Assembly (NCBI GenBank): GCA_052327205.1
Contig: CM126220.1
Span: forward strand, 28,210,001-28,274,000
DNA from: Somniosus microcephalus
Taxonomy: Eukaryota
DNA length: 64,000 nucleotides
Reading direction: 5' to 3'
Each line of letters begins with the position of its first letter. Within the stretch, counting starts at the first letter, position 1. Below the pieces are notes generated by a model. It saw only the letters and a list, made by a program, of their open reading frames with translations. It was not told the DNA's origin and searched no databases. The position numbers and the translations under genes were made by a program. Shown piece by piece: positions 25,901 to 39,762 of this stretch.

Positions 25901-28900
25901 TTTTGTGCCTTTTTGAGTCTCTGCACAATGAATAATTTGATTTTCATTAACTCCGTAGGTTTTTTTTTACTTTAAAATGGTATTTTTTGCACCAGTTTTC
26001 AGGGATGTGAAAGAAGCTGCTTTGCATTAATGAGGCTGTCTGAATCGGGTTAATTCCTGTACTTTATACTGCTGAAGAAATGCTTTTAAGGATGTACTGA
26101 GAGTTGCAGCATTTCTAGTGGCGGCCTACGTGGTTTAACAGTTAAGTGCTTTAACCCCCCCCCCCCCCCTTACTGAACCCCAAGTTTCATAAATCAAGTG
26201 CAAGTTGGGGGAGGGGTGTTTTGGGGAGAGAGGAATGTCAGCCATTATGCATGAGCTGTTTTGATCATGATTCCTATGGTGTTTGGCAAATGTGTTTCAA
26301 ATGATTTCTGAGCATGCTTAAGCTCGATCCTGGAGATCTGGCCATACTCGGATTCATGCCCATGACAATCGACCTGCAGCACAGTGGAGAGACTCTTAGA
26401 AAGAAACTCCAGGAAATTTGGGCTCAAGAATGTGTACATTCTGACATTTATCATGGAAGGCTTTGATTTGAACACAATTGGATTTCCATACAGAAAGTGG
26501 CCAGTTGGTAATCAAGAAGATTGCTTAATTTCAAACAAATGAAAGGATGACCATTGGCAGTGTTTCTACTTAAAGAGTATAATAAACGGAAAAGTAAATC
26601 ATGTAAAAGCTGGTGAAGCTCATATATCCTCGAACTTGCCCATCCCCTAACCCTTTGCTGTTTAATCTGGTCAATTATATTAATAAAAGGTGCGGCGGGC
26701 GCACCAGGGCTGGAGTGATCCAGGGTTGGGCATGTCTACAGTCATATTCAGTGGGACACATGCGTCAGATTATACGCGTGGTACAAAGCCCACATTAGTC
26801 CCCACGAAGATATGCTGCATCTTCAACTTCTATACAGTGCTTGAATTTAAAAAAAAGAAAAAAATGTTTTTTAAGCTTTTGTTTATTGACTGAATCTTGT
26901 TAGTATTATATCAAACTGATGTATATATTCTAAAAAAAAAGGAGCATCCTATATACAGAATGTCTGACCTCTTCCCTCCCTCTCTCCCCTATCCATCTAC
27001 CCTTCAGTCTTCAATCTGTATCTTTTCAAAAGGATTCTACTGTATTGTGTCATGGACGCAGCTGTATGTTTTTGGTGCCATGAACTCGGCTAAGCTGTCT
27101 TCAGTGTAAATGTCGGAATCGGTGGGGGGGAAGGAACCAGAAAGACATGTTATGTTATTTATTGTGAACCTGTCCTTTCGACATCATTGTGACATTCTGA
27201 CATTCCAAACTGAACTCTTGTCTGAATCATTACTGTGCATGTGGTCACATTATTGCTTCTCTGATTCTTTGCCCTATCTGAGGTTTCCCAGGAATTTCAA
27301 TGGACATTCTCTCCTCTGGTGAAATAGTTAGTAAAGGCAGCATATATCTGAGCCATACATAGGAACAGGAGTAGGCCAGTCAGCCCCTCGAGCCTCTTCC
27401 GCCATTCAGTGAGATCATGGCTGATCTGTATCCTAACTCCAACTACCTGCCTTGGCTCCATATCCTGTAATACCCTTGGCTAGCAAAAATCTATCAATCT
27501 CAGATTTAAAATTATTAATTGAACTGGCATCTACTGCCTTTTGTGGGAGAGAGTTCCACCCTTTGTGTGAAGAAGTGTTTCCTAACTTCTCTCCTGAATA
27601 TGGAACAGTAAAGTCAGTTTCCTGTCTTTAAAGAATAACCTAATCTGAGCCAGGGAGGCACTGCAATTGGCCTGAAATTAAAACCAGCCATCATTCCCAC
27701 TCTTAATTGCTATCCAGTAACCACCCTGATAGTAGACGTTGGATGTTGTGAGAACAGAATTAAGCTTGATTGTGTTTCTTCTTGCCCTGTTGGCTCACAC
27801 ATGAAGAATGGCCACTTGGGCGAGGTACTAGAGGGCTGTTGGCACCTAATGGAACCATATCCCAGCAAGAGTCAACTCTTTCAGGAGAGGAGGAGAGAAA
27901 ACTGGAAGAAAATGTTCTATTCTTCCAATGTGAAACATGGAATTTATCATAACAGTGGCTACTTCTTCCTATCTGACTAGAGTGCCATAAGCCTGCCCGA
28001 CTGAGGTGGTTTTACAATGGTAGTATTAATAACATTTGGATTTATAAAGCATCTTATCACATTGAAATGTCTCAAAGCACTTGACCAAATGAATGACTGT
28101 TGGAGCACAGTGACCTTTCTAGGATTGTGGTTTGGTGTACAGATTTAGAGCCGCATTCCTGCTGCAGCTAGCCGGGGCAAAAATAATGATGTATTAAAGA
28201 GTTAGGGTTTACCTGCAATGCAATTCTTCTCACACAGGCAGAGATTGAAGTTAGGCAGCAATAATCCTGCCACCACCTCCGCGGAATTTAATATTTCAAA
28301 ATGATGGCCAGGTCACATTTGGAGAAAAGTGAGAGCCGATCTAATTGGCATAATGGACAATGGTAAAGCACTCTCCCTCTAAAAACTGATAATGGATGCT
28401 GGGATCTGCACTAAAGCTGTGTTATTCCACTTGTTACTCGGAATTCGCTCGACATTTACTGTCAAGTCCTTCTTATTTATAGATTAAGCTGAGAATTCTA
28501 CTCGTCCCTGCTGGTGTGTTTGCGGTTTTCAGTCAAAGCTCTCTACAACATTCCATTTCAGGATCTGCGCACACAAGGACCTTGACGAGGAGATTTACAT
28601 ATTGCACGATTTATCACGACACCATGTCATTTATTTAAATTTTTCTGCAGAATGTGGTTGAAAATCCCATTTCGCCGCACTCCACATTCGCACTATTGCA
28701 TCACATTAGCTTTTGTTCCGTTTAGTTATATAGTTCAGGTGAATCACATTACATTTTATTTTACAGCTCGTGTGACAGTTCTTGTATACATAGGGAAGAT
28801 GCTGATTGAGAAGTGATAATCAGGATTTTTATTTCCAATTGACACTAAATGGACTTTTGACACATACAAGCTTTTGAAAGAAATATCAGTGAATGTTATT

Positions 28901-30654
28901 TACAGCTCCTAATGTATCAGCGAGCACTCTGTGTGGGAGTACATTATTCTATTAATCACACTGCAGCAGAAGACTGGAACTGCTTATTTTACATTGTAAT
29001 TTCAATCTGTTATATCTGACATGACTCACAGGTGTCTAAGTGCAGATCAATAGTTTTATAAGTGAAAATGGACAGTTTCTCCATCTGTATAAAATTTTAC
29101 AATGCTGAACAAATAGTTCCCAGATCCCCTCTAACAATGGCAGCAGCATCTGAGAAATGTTTGTTTGCAGAGCGGCAGCCTGTAATCGAATCTACCAACA
29201 GTATAAAGATCAGGCCAATAAATAATTCCGCAGCTCACATTAATGAGATGCTGCCTTTTCTAACTATACTTCATATAGCCAAGTATGTGAAATCCGGCAT
29301 AGCACTATAAAATCAATAATGGCCAAAACTGCACAAGCTGGCAGTACTAAAGGGCGTGAGACTGAATTGAAGTTTACAGTGGCGTCAAAGAATATGCATT
29401 GGAGGAGTCCTAGAAATTTAAACACAGGAGGCCATCTGGCCCATCATCCCTGTGCAGGTGCTAACTCCACATCAGATTTAATTTCAGTGTGTGTGGAGAA
29501 CCACAGCTATATACCTACACCCCATTACTCGTTTGCACATCATGTTGGAGGTTGAACATCATCCAATCACTGCAACCACCACAGAATGTGTTTTTGCTGA
29601 GGGTGAAATGCCTGACCCTGAAATTCCTGGAGGGCCGCTTGGCCTGGGGTTGGGATCAATTCAAGGTGGGAATGAATGCATCATGCCTGTAATGATGCTC
29701 CTGGAGGAGCTGCCAGCCAAAATGTAAGATAGCAGGCCCAGCAAGGGCTGAAAGAAACTCCTGTTCTTCACACTTTCTACTCCCAGTGGAGCAAGTGAGC
29801 CCTTGGGGACCCACTACCTTTCAGTCTCTTAAAGCCCTCAGTGGGCCTGACACCAGCTCTAAGCTGGCGAGAGTTCTGCCAAGTCCTTTTAAGAGTGGAA
29901 TTCCTAGGAGAACCTGGAAACTCCCTCAAACACATGTGGAAGGGGGGGGGGGGGGGGGGAGGTGGTGGTGGAAATACACCCACAACCCCCTCCCCCGCTG
30001 CAATTTAAAAGGCTAGTACAAAGGAGGCAGAATCTCAGGATAACCATGTTCCACCCAATATTTGTGCTCCCACAGGTGGAAATCAAGCTTTTTGCTCTTC
30101 AGCCCCAGGAATTTTGGGGCCCCTCTATTTAAAATAATTTTTGCCGACTTCTTGACTACACATCATTCCTAAGTGAATGCTGAAGTACACCGACACTCTG
30201 AAACCAGGCTGCCACAGGAAGAAATCCTATTTTTTGCTCCCTCCCAGTTGTGAAGTATCCTGCACTTACTGTTGGTTGCCGATTCATTATGTGGAAGGTT
30301 CCAGGAACAAACGTGTCCAATAGAACATTCAGATCTATTTCAGCCCGTCATTTCCTGTAATGAGAAATCAGAACATGAGGGAATTCTGCAATGAGCTAGT
30401 CAGATATTAGCACAAATGTTTATTAACAGCATCTATTTGAATCCAGCCGAGAATTAAAGTCTCTTAGCAATCGAGACTGAAGAGCTTAGGCAATATCTAG
30501 TGGGCATGGGTCCACAACACAAAACAATTCAGCACAAATTAGCAAAGCAGAGAGGCCACAAGCATTGCTGATTTGAGAAATAAAACTGTTACAGTGGTGG
30601 AGGCCACTCTTGGAATAGAGTTATGGTACAGATGTATATAATAGAAAAAAAATA

Positions 30655-31075
30655 ATTTATATAGCTCCTTTGACGACCTCAGGACATCCCATAGCGCTTC
30701 ACAGTCAATGAGGTATTTTTGAAGTGTCGTCACTGTTGTAACAGGCAAACGCAGCAGGTAATTTGTGCACAGCAAGGTCTCAAAAGCAGCAAAGAGTTTA
30801 ATGACCAGATAATTTTTGTTGTAGTGGTGTTGGCTAGGACCACGGGAGAACTCCGCTGCTTTTCAAACCATGCCATGGAATCTTTTACATCCAAACAATA
30901 GGGCAGACAAAGGCTTGGTTTAACGTCTTATTTAAAATACAGCACCTCTGATCGTGAAGCACTCCCATCAGTACTGGGCTTATGTGTCAACCTAGATAAT
31001 ATGCTCAAGTCTCTGGAGTGGAGCTTGAACCGGCAACCTTCTCAGAGGCAAGAGTGATACCACTGGGTCAAGGCT
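30655..31075 (-). mobile_element. Deu-domain tRNA SINE
   Basis: Colinear with the 3340-3770 and 31650-32108 copies. Confidence 0.75.
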
Positions 31076-31129
31076 GCTAGGAGGGGGAGCTTTATAACTA
31101 ACTCACTCATGCTATACCTACTATAGCAA

Positions 31130-31230
31130 AATGTCTTGACAAAGGGTTTATCTGAAACGTTGACTATTTTCTCTCCACGGATGTTGCCTGGCCTGCTGAG
31201 TTTTTCCAGCATTTTCTGTTGTTATTTCAT
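31130..31230 (+). mobile_element. Short repeat, probably a Penelope-like terminal repeat remnant
   Basis: gacaaaggg...tgaaacgttgactattttctctccacggatgttgcctggcctgctgagtttttccagcattttctg; related pieces at ~24600 and ~56610-56700. Confidence 0.5.
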
Positions 31231-31649
31231 GCTATACCTAACCTGAGTGTGCGCTATACCTAGCCTGAGAGTGCTTGATGCTAACATTTACCAGCATGAA
31301 CTATTGGGTATTTTTGTTAGTTTTTTACTGGATACCATGAAGACGGCATCAGGCCTAATATTCCAAAAACAAGTAAAAACCAAGCCATTGATTTTTGAAA
31401 GATGACACAAAACCTTTACCCCATTTTCAAAAACAGCTCCAAGCACCGCTCCACTTGTGTAGCTGGGGGAAGGGTGCAGTTATACTGTCCTGAGTTTGGA
31501 TGTTTGCAGATAGTAATTCTTCACAGAATTATGTGTGTTTCCTCTTCATTTCATGCCTCCGCCTCCTTGAGTCCTACTTAACCAGACCCACAATACTCTG
31601 TAGCTTCTCCATCTCTACCCAGACCTCATTGAACTCATATCTTGCATGA

Positions 31650-32108
31650 GAAAGAAAGACTTGCATTTATATAGCACCTTTCACGACCTGAGGACATCCC
31701 AAAGTGCTTCACAGCCAATTAAGTACTTTTGAAGCGTGGTCACTGTTGTAATATAGGAAACACGGCATCCAATTTACACACAGCAAGGTCCCACAAACAG
31801 CAATGTGATAATGACCAGATCATCTGTTTTAGTGATGTTGGTTCAGGATAAATATTGGCCAAGACACTGGAGAGAATTCCCCTGCTATTCTTGAAAATAG
31901 TACCATGTGATCTTTTACATCAACCTGAGAGGTCAAATGGGGTCTCGGTTTAAAGTCTCACCAGAAAGACGGCACCTCCGACAGCACAGCCCTCACTCTA
32001 CTGCAATGAAGTGTCAGCCTAGATTTTGTGCTCAAATTTCTGGGGTGGGGCTTGAACCCACAACCTTCTGACTCAAAGGTGAGATTGCTACCCATCTAAG
32101 CCATGGCT
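31650..32108 (-). mobile_element. Deu-domain tRNA SINE, full-length
   Basis: Minus strand: head ...tgagtcagaaggttgtgggttcaagccccacccc (B-box), Deu core gtcggaggtgccgtctttctggtgagactttaaaccgaga, tail gctatataaatgcaagtctttctttc. Confidence 0.85.
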
Positions 32109-32109
32109 T

Positions 32110-33490
32110 GCACTGAGACCCACAAGGTGCTTCCTCGACCAAAGTCCTGATCACTCAACTACCTCTCTTAATTCCAATTTTTGCTAACATAATCAACTAC
32201 TCCCTTTCTTTTGACAATATCCCTCTTTCAAAACTGCTATCATAATTTACTCCTTAAAAAGCCCACCCTGCAACTTTCCCTTCCTTTCTAATCTCCAGTG
32301 CATCATCATCACCAATCTCTGTGCTCACTTCTCCCATCAACCCCTGCTTAAATCCCTTCAGTCTGATTTCCACCTCAACCAAGACTGCAGTGGTCCTCAT
32401 GTGTGACTGCAATTACAGTTCATTATCTCTCCTCAATCACTCCATGGCCTTCAATATGGTTGATCACAATATCTTCCCCAGCTGTCTAGCCTTCATAATC
32501 CACCTCCAAAGCACCACTGCCACATGATTCTGTTCCTATCCCAATGTAGTCAGCATATCTCCTGCAATGGCCTTTCCTCCCATGTCTGCAGTCACTTCCA
32601 GAGTACGCCAAGGTTCCATCCTTTGCACAATCCCCCAGAAATCATCTAAATGCTGCCACTCAGTGATATAATTCATAAACATGATTAGCTTTCATGTATA
32701 TGCAAATGATACCCAGCTTTACCTCTTAAACCTCACCTTTAATTCCAGCTATGTTGGTGTGGTGTCTGACTGTTCAAAAACTTTCTGCAGTTCAACATTA
32801 CCAAGAGCAAAGCCACCCGGTTCTGATTTCACCAAAAACCAAGCACTTTCCCCCCGATCCCATCGCCCTTCCTAACTGATCCTTCAAGTTGAATCCAACT
32901 GTGCGTAAACTCATTGCCTTGTTCATCCAAGTTGAGCTTTAAACCCAATATCCAGTCCATCACCAAAACCATCTACTTTGTCCTCTGAAATAACATCTTC
33001 TTCCTACCTCATCACAAAAGTTGATAAAACCCTCCACACCTTTGTCATCTCCAAGCTTCAATTCTCCATTGTTGTGCTTGCCTCCCAAGCTTCAGCCTAC
33101 ATTATCTACCAACCTTCCCTTGTCGACAGCCTATCTCACAATAAATTCCATTGTCAGTGTCCATGCATTGTCCTCATTTATAACTTCCTCCTTGGCCATG
33201 CTGCACTCTACCTCTTGCTCATACCCTCCAGCTCTTTGATTGGTCCACTGGGCATCCTACCCATTACTGATGGCCAACCTTCAAACATTTTGCTCCAGGA
33301 TTCTGTAGTTCTCTTTGCAAATCCATCTGCTTTACCACATCACTCTGAACTTCAAAGCTTCCTTAACACCTGCCCCTTCAACTATAATTTCAGCCACTTT
33401 CCTTAACTCTTCCCTACTCTTGTTTAAGTCCAACTGCCACTTTGTGAAGGACCTTTAGATGTTTTTGCTACATTAAAGGGTGCCAGTTGT
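32110..33490 (+). mobile_element. Old degraded L2 LINE
   Basis: Remnants AFNMVDH, QGSIL and HVYANDTQLYL (L2 RT YADD region), plus an L2-type tail. Confidence 0.7.
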
Positions 33491-34769
33491 ACTATATTTC
33501 TATCCAGTCACTGCAGGAGTTCTGGGAAGGGGAGGCATCCTCTCTGAGGGCAGAGACCCAATCAAATATCTAGTTGATTATGAACTGGATTCAAATATTT
33601 GTGTCTCGTATCCTTAGACCATTGGGGATGATGAGCAGAGCACTAGTTTATATTTTCTTTGCTAATGCCATGCTGGGAAGTGACTAATGTTGAAGTTCAT
33701 ACATCAGAAAGCTGGAACTTTCAGCTCCTCAGTTCACTCCTTCCACAGAGCAGGCAATGTGACTGATGCAAAGCTCTGTCTCATGTTAAATCATAAAATG
33801 ACATTATATCTTTTTGATGTCAGTTTTAGACATGTCAAAATAATGTGATTTTAAAACAAAACTCTTAGCCACACTTTGAGAATAATTATTGTGTCCTTGC
33901 ATGGTGAAAGTGAGTTAATATGGTGATAGCTATTAGTTTCAAGGGGCGGTCAGGTGGCCCCTTCTGTTAGTGGGCTGTTTGTAACCAGAATCTAATCAGA
34001 TCAAATTTGTTTGGCTCATACCTTAGGCTGTTCCAATGGTAACGTGTGCTAATTCTTCACGACGGTAGCAGACGAGCTTATTTGAGATCGCTACAATCAC
34101 TAAGAGGGTTTCATGGCAGGTGACAATTCCAATGCACTTTGTTTTAGTCCTGATCTAGTAAATAAACAGCAAAGAGGCTGCTGTCCACATCCCATCCACT
34201 CAAGTGATAGAAATAATTAATAGTACAATTACCTGGCTGCTGAGAAAAAAAATTGAAGAGTTTCTTCAAAGGAACATGCCAAGTGTGAAAGAACTGCTTT
34301 GTTCTAGGGTGGCAAAGGCCAGTGGAGCAAAGTAGAAGTGTGTCTGACTTTCCCTATTCTGCAGCACTACTTTCAACCATTTGTTTCTGTGTCACATGAG
34401 TGAGACAGAACTCTAGGAGGCAGAGATGTACCCACATTATGATCATTCTAGACTCATTAAAAAAAATCTATAAACATATCTGATTTCAAGCTATTATTTT
34501 GGATACAGGAAGTTTAAAGTAGTATGTAAATCAAGCTTTGTATTGCAAATTATCTGCTGTATAATCTCTTGCTTCTGTGTCATTAAATATGGTGTAAATA
34601 AATTTGATCATTAGTTTTAGCCTGAACATGCGTTCTTGTAGCATGGTGTTTTCTGCCTTTTCAGAGAGTGCAGGAGTGCATGGTGGGTTTCTTCAAACCT
34701 CGGTGTATCGGTAAAAGAGTAATTGTTAATCATATGGTACGTTACCTCCTTATACAGCACGGCTAGCAG

Positions 34770-37700
34770 TGGGGAAATTTAAAAACAGAACGTGTCAGGA
34801 AGGGACAGAAGGTATGGAGTAAAAGGTAAAGTAGTAAAAGGGGAAAAAACAGGAACTAAGTGTCACAAAACATATTTGAAAGTTCTTTATCTGAATGCAC
34901 GTAGCATTCGTAACAAAATGAATGAGTTAACGGCACAAATAACTACATATGGGTATGATCTTGTGGCCATTACAGAAACATGGCTGCAGGGTGACCATGA
35001 CTGGGAATTAAACATACCAGGTTATTTAACAATCAGGAAGGACAGGCAGGAAGGGAGGGGAGGTGGGGTGGCTATGTTAATAAAGGAAGGAATCACTATA
35101 ATACAGAGAAATGATATTGGGTCAAAGGAGCAGGATAGTGAAACAGTTTGGGTAGAGATAAGGAATAATAAGGGGAAAAAAAACACTAGTGGGCGTAGTC
35201 TATAGGCCTCCAAACAGTTGCAACTCTGTTGGACGGAGTATTAATCAGGAAATAGTTGAGGCTTGTAATAAGGGAACAGCTATAATTATGGGGGATTTTA
35301 ACTATCATATTAACTGGACAAATCAAATTGGGCAGGGCTGCCTTGAGGATGAGTTCATTGAGTGTATTAGGGATGGGTTTCTTGAGCAGTATGTAACTGA
35401 ACCGACCAGGGGGCAAGCAACCTTAGATTTGGTCCTGTGTAATGAGACAGGATTAATTAAAAATGTCCTAGTAAAGGATCCCCTTGGAATGAGTGACCAT
35501 AACATGGTTGAATTCCATATTCAAGTAGAGGGTGAGAAGGTTGGATCTCAAACAAGCATGCTGAGCTTGAATAAAGGAGACTATGAAGGTATGAGAGCGG
35601 AATTGATTAGAGTGGACTGGGAAAATAGATTAAAGGGTAAGACGGTACATGATCAGTGGTGTACATTTAAGGAGTTATTTTACAACTTCCAAAAAAAATA
35701 TATTCCACTGAGGAAAAAAGGGTGTAAAAGAAAAGATAGCCATCCGTGGCTAAGTAAAGTAATTAAGGATAGTATCCAACTAAAAACAAGGGCATATAAG
35801 GTAACCAAATCTAGTGGGAGGATAGAAGATTGGGAAGTCTTTAAAAGGCAGCAAAAAATAACTAAAAGATTGATTAAGAAAGGGAAGATAGATTATGAAA
35901 GTAAATTAGCAAAAAATATAAAACAGATAGCAAAAGTTTCTATAGTTATATAAAAAGAAAAAGGGTGGCTAAAGTAAATGTTGGTCCCTTAGAGCATGAG
36001 ACCGGGAAATTAATGGTGGGAAACATGGAGATGGCAAAAACGCTGAACAAATATTTTGTATCAGTCTTTACGGTAGAGGACACTAAGAATATCCCAACAC
36101 TGGACAAACGGGGCTCCAGGGGGAGAGGAGCTAAATACGATTAAAATCACTAAGGAAGTGGTACTTGGTAAAATAATGGGACTCAAGCCGAATAAATCCC
36201 CTGGACCTGATGGCTTACATCCTAGGGTCTTGAGGGAAGTGGCGGTAGGGATTGTGGATGCATTGGTAATAATTTTCCAAAACTCCCTGGACTCAGCAAA
36301 GGTCCTGGCAGATTGGAAAACTGCTAATGTAACACCCTTATTTAAAAAGGGTAGTAGGCAGAAGACTGGAAACTATAGACCTGTTAGCCTAACATCTGTG
36401 GTTGGTAAAATGTTAGAGTCCATTATTAAGGAGACAGTAACGGGACATTTGGATAAACATAATTTAATAGGACAAACTCAGCATGGTTTCATGAAGGGGA
36501 AGTCATGTTTGACAAATTTGCTTGAGTTCTTTGAGGAAGTAACATACAGGGTGGTTAAAGGAGAACCAGTGGACGTAGTGTATTTAGACTTCCAAAAGGC
36601 ATTTGACAAGGTGCCACACAAAAGATTATGGCTCAAGATAAAAAATCACGGGATTGGGGGTAATATTCTGGCGTGGGTGGAGGATTGGCTCTCTAACAGA
36701 AAGCAGAGAGTTGGGATAAATGGTTCATTCTCAGACTGGCAACCAGTAACTAGTGGTGTTCTGCAGGGGTCAGTGCTGGGTCCCCAACTCTTTACAATCT
36801 ATATTAATGATTTGGAGGAGGGGACCGAGTGTAACATATCAAAGTTTGCAGATGATACAAAGATGGGAGGGAAAGTAGTGAGTGAGGAGGACATAAAAAA
36901 CCTGCAAAGTGACATAGACAGGCTAAGTAAGTGGGCAGAGATTTGGCAGATGGAATACAATACTGGAAAGTGTGAGGTTATGCACTTTGGCAGGAAAAAT
37001 CATAGAGCAAGTTATTATCTTAATGGCAAGAAACTGGAAAGTACTGTAGTACAAAGGGATCTGGGGGTCCTGGTGCATGAAACTCAAAAAGCTAGTATGC
37101 AGGTGCAGCAAGTGATTAAGAAGGCCAATGGAATGTTGGCTTTTATTGCTAGGGGGATAGAATATAAAAACAGGGAGGTATTGCTGCAGTTATACAAGGT
37201 ATTGGTGAGACCGCACCTGGAATACTGCATACAGTTTTGGTGTCCATACTTAAGAAAATACATAGTTGCTCTCAAGTCAGTACAAAGAAGGTTCAGTCGG
37301 TTAATCCCGGGGATGAGGGGGTGGTCATATGAGGAGATTGGGACTCTACTCATTGGAGTTCAGAAGAATGAGAGGCGATCTTATTGAAACATATAAGATT
37401 GTGAAGGGGCTTGATCGGGTGGATGCGGTGAGGATGTTCCCAATGATGGGTGAAACTAGAACTAGGGGGCATAATCTTAAAATAAGGGGCTGCTCTTTCA
37501 AAACTGAGATGAGGAGAAACTTCTTCACTCAGAGGGTGGTAGGTTTGTGGAATTTGCTGCCCCAGAAAGCTGTGGAAGCTGCATCATTAAATAAATTTAA
37601 AACAGAAATAGATAGTTTCCTAGAAGTAAAGGGAATTAAGGGTTACGGGGAGCGGGCAGGAAATTGGACATGAGTCTAGGTTCGGAATGGTCATAGCCCT

Positions 37701-38117
37701 GTGGGTAGTGGAGCGGGCCCAGGGGCCGTGTCGCCTGGTTCTGCTCCTACTTCTTGTGTTCTACTTCTGTGTTAGATTTCAGGAGATGATTTTATTCCTG
37801 TTCCTGGCTGGGGTGGAGATCGCCTTTACAGAAGGTAAGTACTGTTGAAAATATAGGGACAGAGTGATCTCCTGGACGAGTTTCGATCGCCTAGATGGGT
37901 CGGAGAGGAATTTCCCAGATTTTTTCTCCCAAATTGGCCATTGGGTTTTTTATCTGGTTTTTCGCCTCTCCCGGGAGATCACATGGGTTCGGGTGGGATG
38001 GAGAGTGATAGAAGATTTGAGGTTAGGATCAGATCAGCCATGATCTTATTGAATGGTGGAGCAGGCTCGAGGGGCCGATAGGCCTACTCCTGCTCCTATT
38101 TCTTATGTTCTTATGTT
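34770..38117 (+). mobile_element. Nearly complete CR1 ORF2 (APE endonuclease + RT) with frameshifts and composite 3' tail
   Basis: ORFs 34792, 35189, 36158 and 37329: VLYLNARSI, ITETW, VYRPP, MGDFN, SDH; RT KSPGPDG, NYRPVSL, DFQKAFD, QGSVLGP, FADD; tail cctatttcttatgttcttatgtt. Confidence 0.95.
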
Positions 38118-38597
38118 AAAGGTGCAAGTTTCAGATCCTAGGAGATGTGGAACCTGAATTTTGCTGTGAACATGAATAAAGAAAGTTGGGAAACAGCCAG
38201 TTGCAATGCTAGCAGCAGCCCTCGGGTAAATGATTGAAGGGGGGTGACCGGGTTAGGGAGGTGCGCTTTTGGAACGAGAGGTAGTGGTGGCTGGAGGGGA
38301 GGCAGCAGCAACAATCGGGACACTCCTGCTCCTCCCTCCCGGCTCCACCTTTAGTAAGTATATTTTAAAAACTCACCTTTTTTGTTGAGGCAAGGAAACA
38401 TCTGTTAGGTTGCCTGTAGGCCTGATTTTCCTGTCTGCAGCCGGAGTCGGGTGCCTCAGGACAAACCAATCTTGTAATGGGGGGCTCCAACAGGCCAGAA
38501 GCCCCTTATTTGCATATGCAAAGGGCCTAACGCCTGTTTCAGGCGTGGGCACTGAATTCCGATATATTGTCCTTTACCAATATGGCACATGGCGCAT

Positions 38598-39762
38598 TTC
38601 ATAGAAACATAGAAGATAGGAGCAGGAGTAGGCCATTCGGCCCCTCGAGCCTGCTCCGCCATTCAGTGAGATCATGGCTGATCATCCAAACTCAGTACCC
38701 TGTCCCTGCCTTCTCCCCACATCCCTTTAGCCTTAAGAAATATATCTAACTTCTTCTTGAATATATTTAATGAATTGGCCTCAACTGCCTTCTGTGGTAG
38801 AGAATTCCACAGGTTCACCACTCTCTGGGTGAAGAAATTCCTCCTCATCTCTGTCCTAAATAGCTTACCCCTTATCTTTAGACTGTGACCCCTGGTTCTG
38901 GATTCCCCCGCCATCGGGAACATCCTTCCTGCATCTAGTCTGTCTAGTCCTGTTAGAATTTTATAAGTTTCAATGAGATGCCCTCTCATTCTTCTAAACT
39001 CCAGCGAGTATAAGCCCAATCGACCCAATCTCTCCTCATACGTCATTCCTGCCATCCCAGATATCAGCCTGGTGAATCTTCGCTGAACTCCTTCCATGGC
39101 AAGAACATCCTTCCTCAGATAAGGCGACCAAAACTGCACACAATACTCGAGGTGTGGTCTCACCAAGGCCTTGTATAACTGCAGCAAGACATCCTTGTTC
39201 CTGTACTCAAACCCTCTTGCTATGAAGGCCAACATACCATTTGCCTTCTTAACCGCCTGCTGCACCTGCATGCTTACCTTCAGCGACTGGTGCACAAGGA
39301 CACCCAGGTCTCGTTGCACTTCCCCTTCTCCCAATCTATTGCCGTTCAGATAATAATCTGCCTTCCTGTTTTTGCCACCAAAGTGGATAACCTCGCATTT
39401 ATCCACATTATACTGCATCTGCCATGCATCTGCCCAATCACCCAACCTGTCCAAATCATACTGGAGTTTCTCAGCATCCTCCTCACAGCACACACGCCCA
39501 CCCAGCTTTGTGTCGTCTGCAAACTTGGAGATATTACATCTAGTTCCCTCGTCTAGATCATTAATATATATTGTGAATAGCTGAGGTCCTTGGACCGATC
39601 CCTGCGGTACCCCACTAGTCACTGCCTGCCACTCGGAAAAAGACCCGTTTATTTCAACTCTTTGCTTCCTGTCTGCCAACCATCTCTCTATCCAAGTCAG
39701 TACCTTGCCCCCAATCCCATGTGCCTTAACTTTACACGCTAATCTCTTATGCAGGACCTTAT
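38598..39762 (-). mobile_element. 5'-truncated CR1 LINE with open RT C-terminal frame
   Basis: ORF 38672-39679(-), 335 aa, with SGVPQGS, FADD and LVRPHLEYCVQFWSP; tail ctatcttctatgtttctatg. Confidence 0.95.

Noticed and set aside
26245-26510. Coding-looking stretch with short ORFs on both strands
   Set aside because: No recognisable homology, no convincing splice sites, and no partner exons.
37783-37834. Apparent signal-peptide (Ig-leader-like) exon MILFLFLAGVEIAFTE with tttcag| and |gtaagt sites
   Set aside because: It lies inside a CR1 composite tail and LFLAGVEI resembles the xLDxFL end of CR1 ORF2; no downstream V-like exon is visible.
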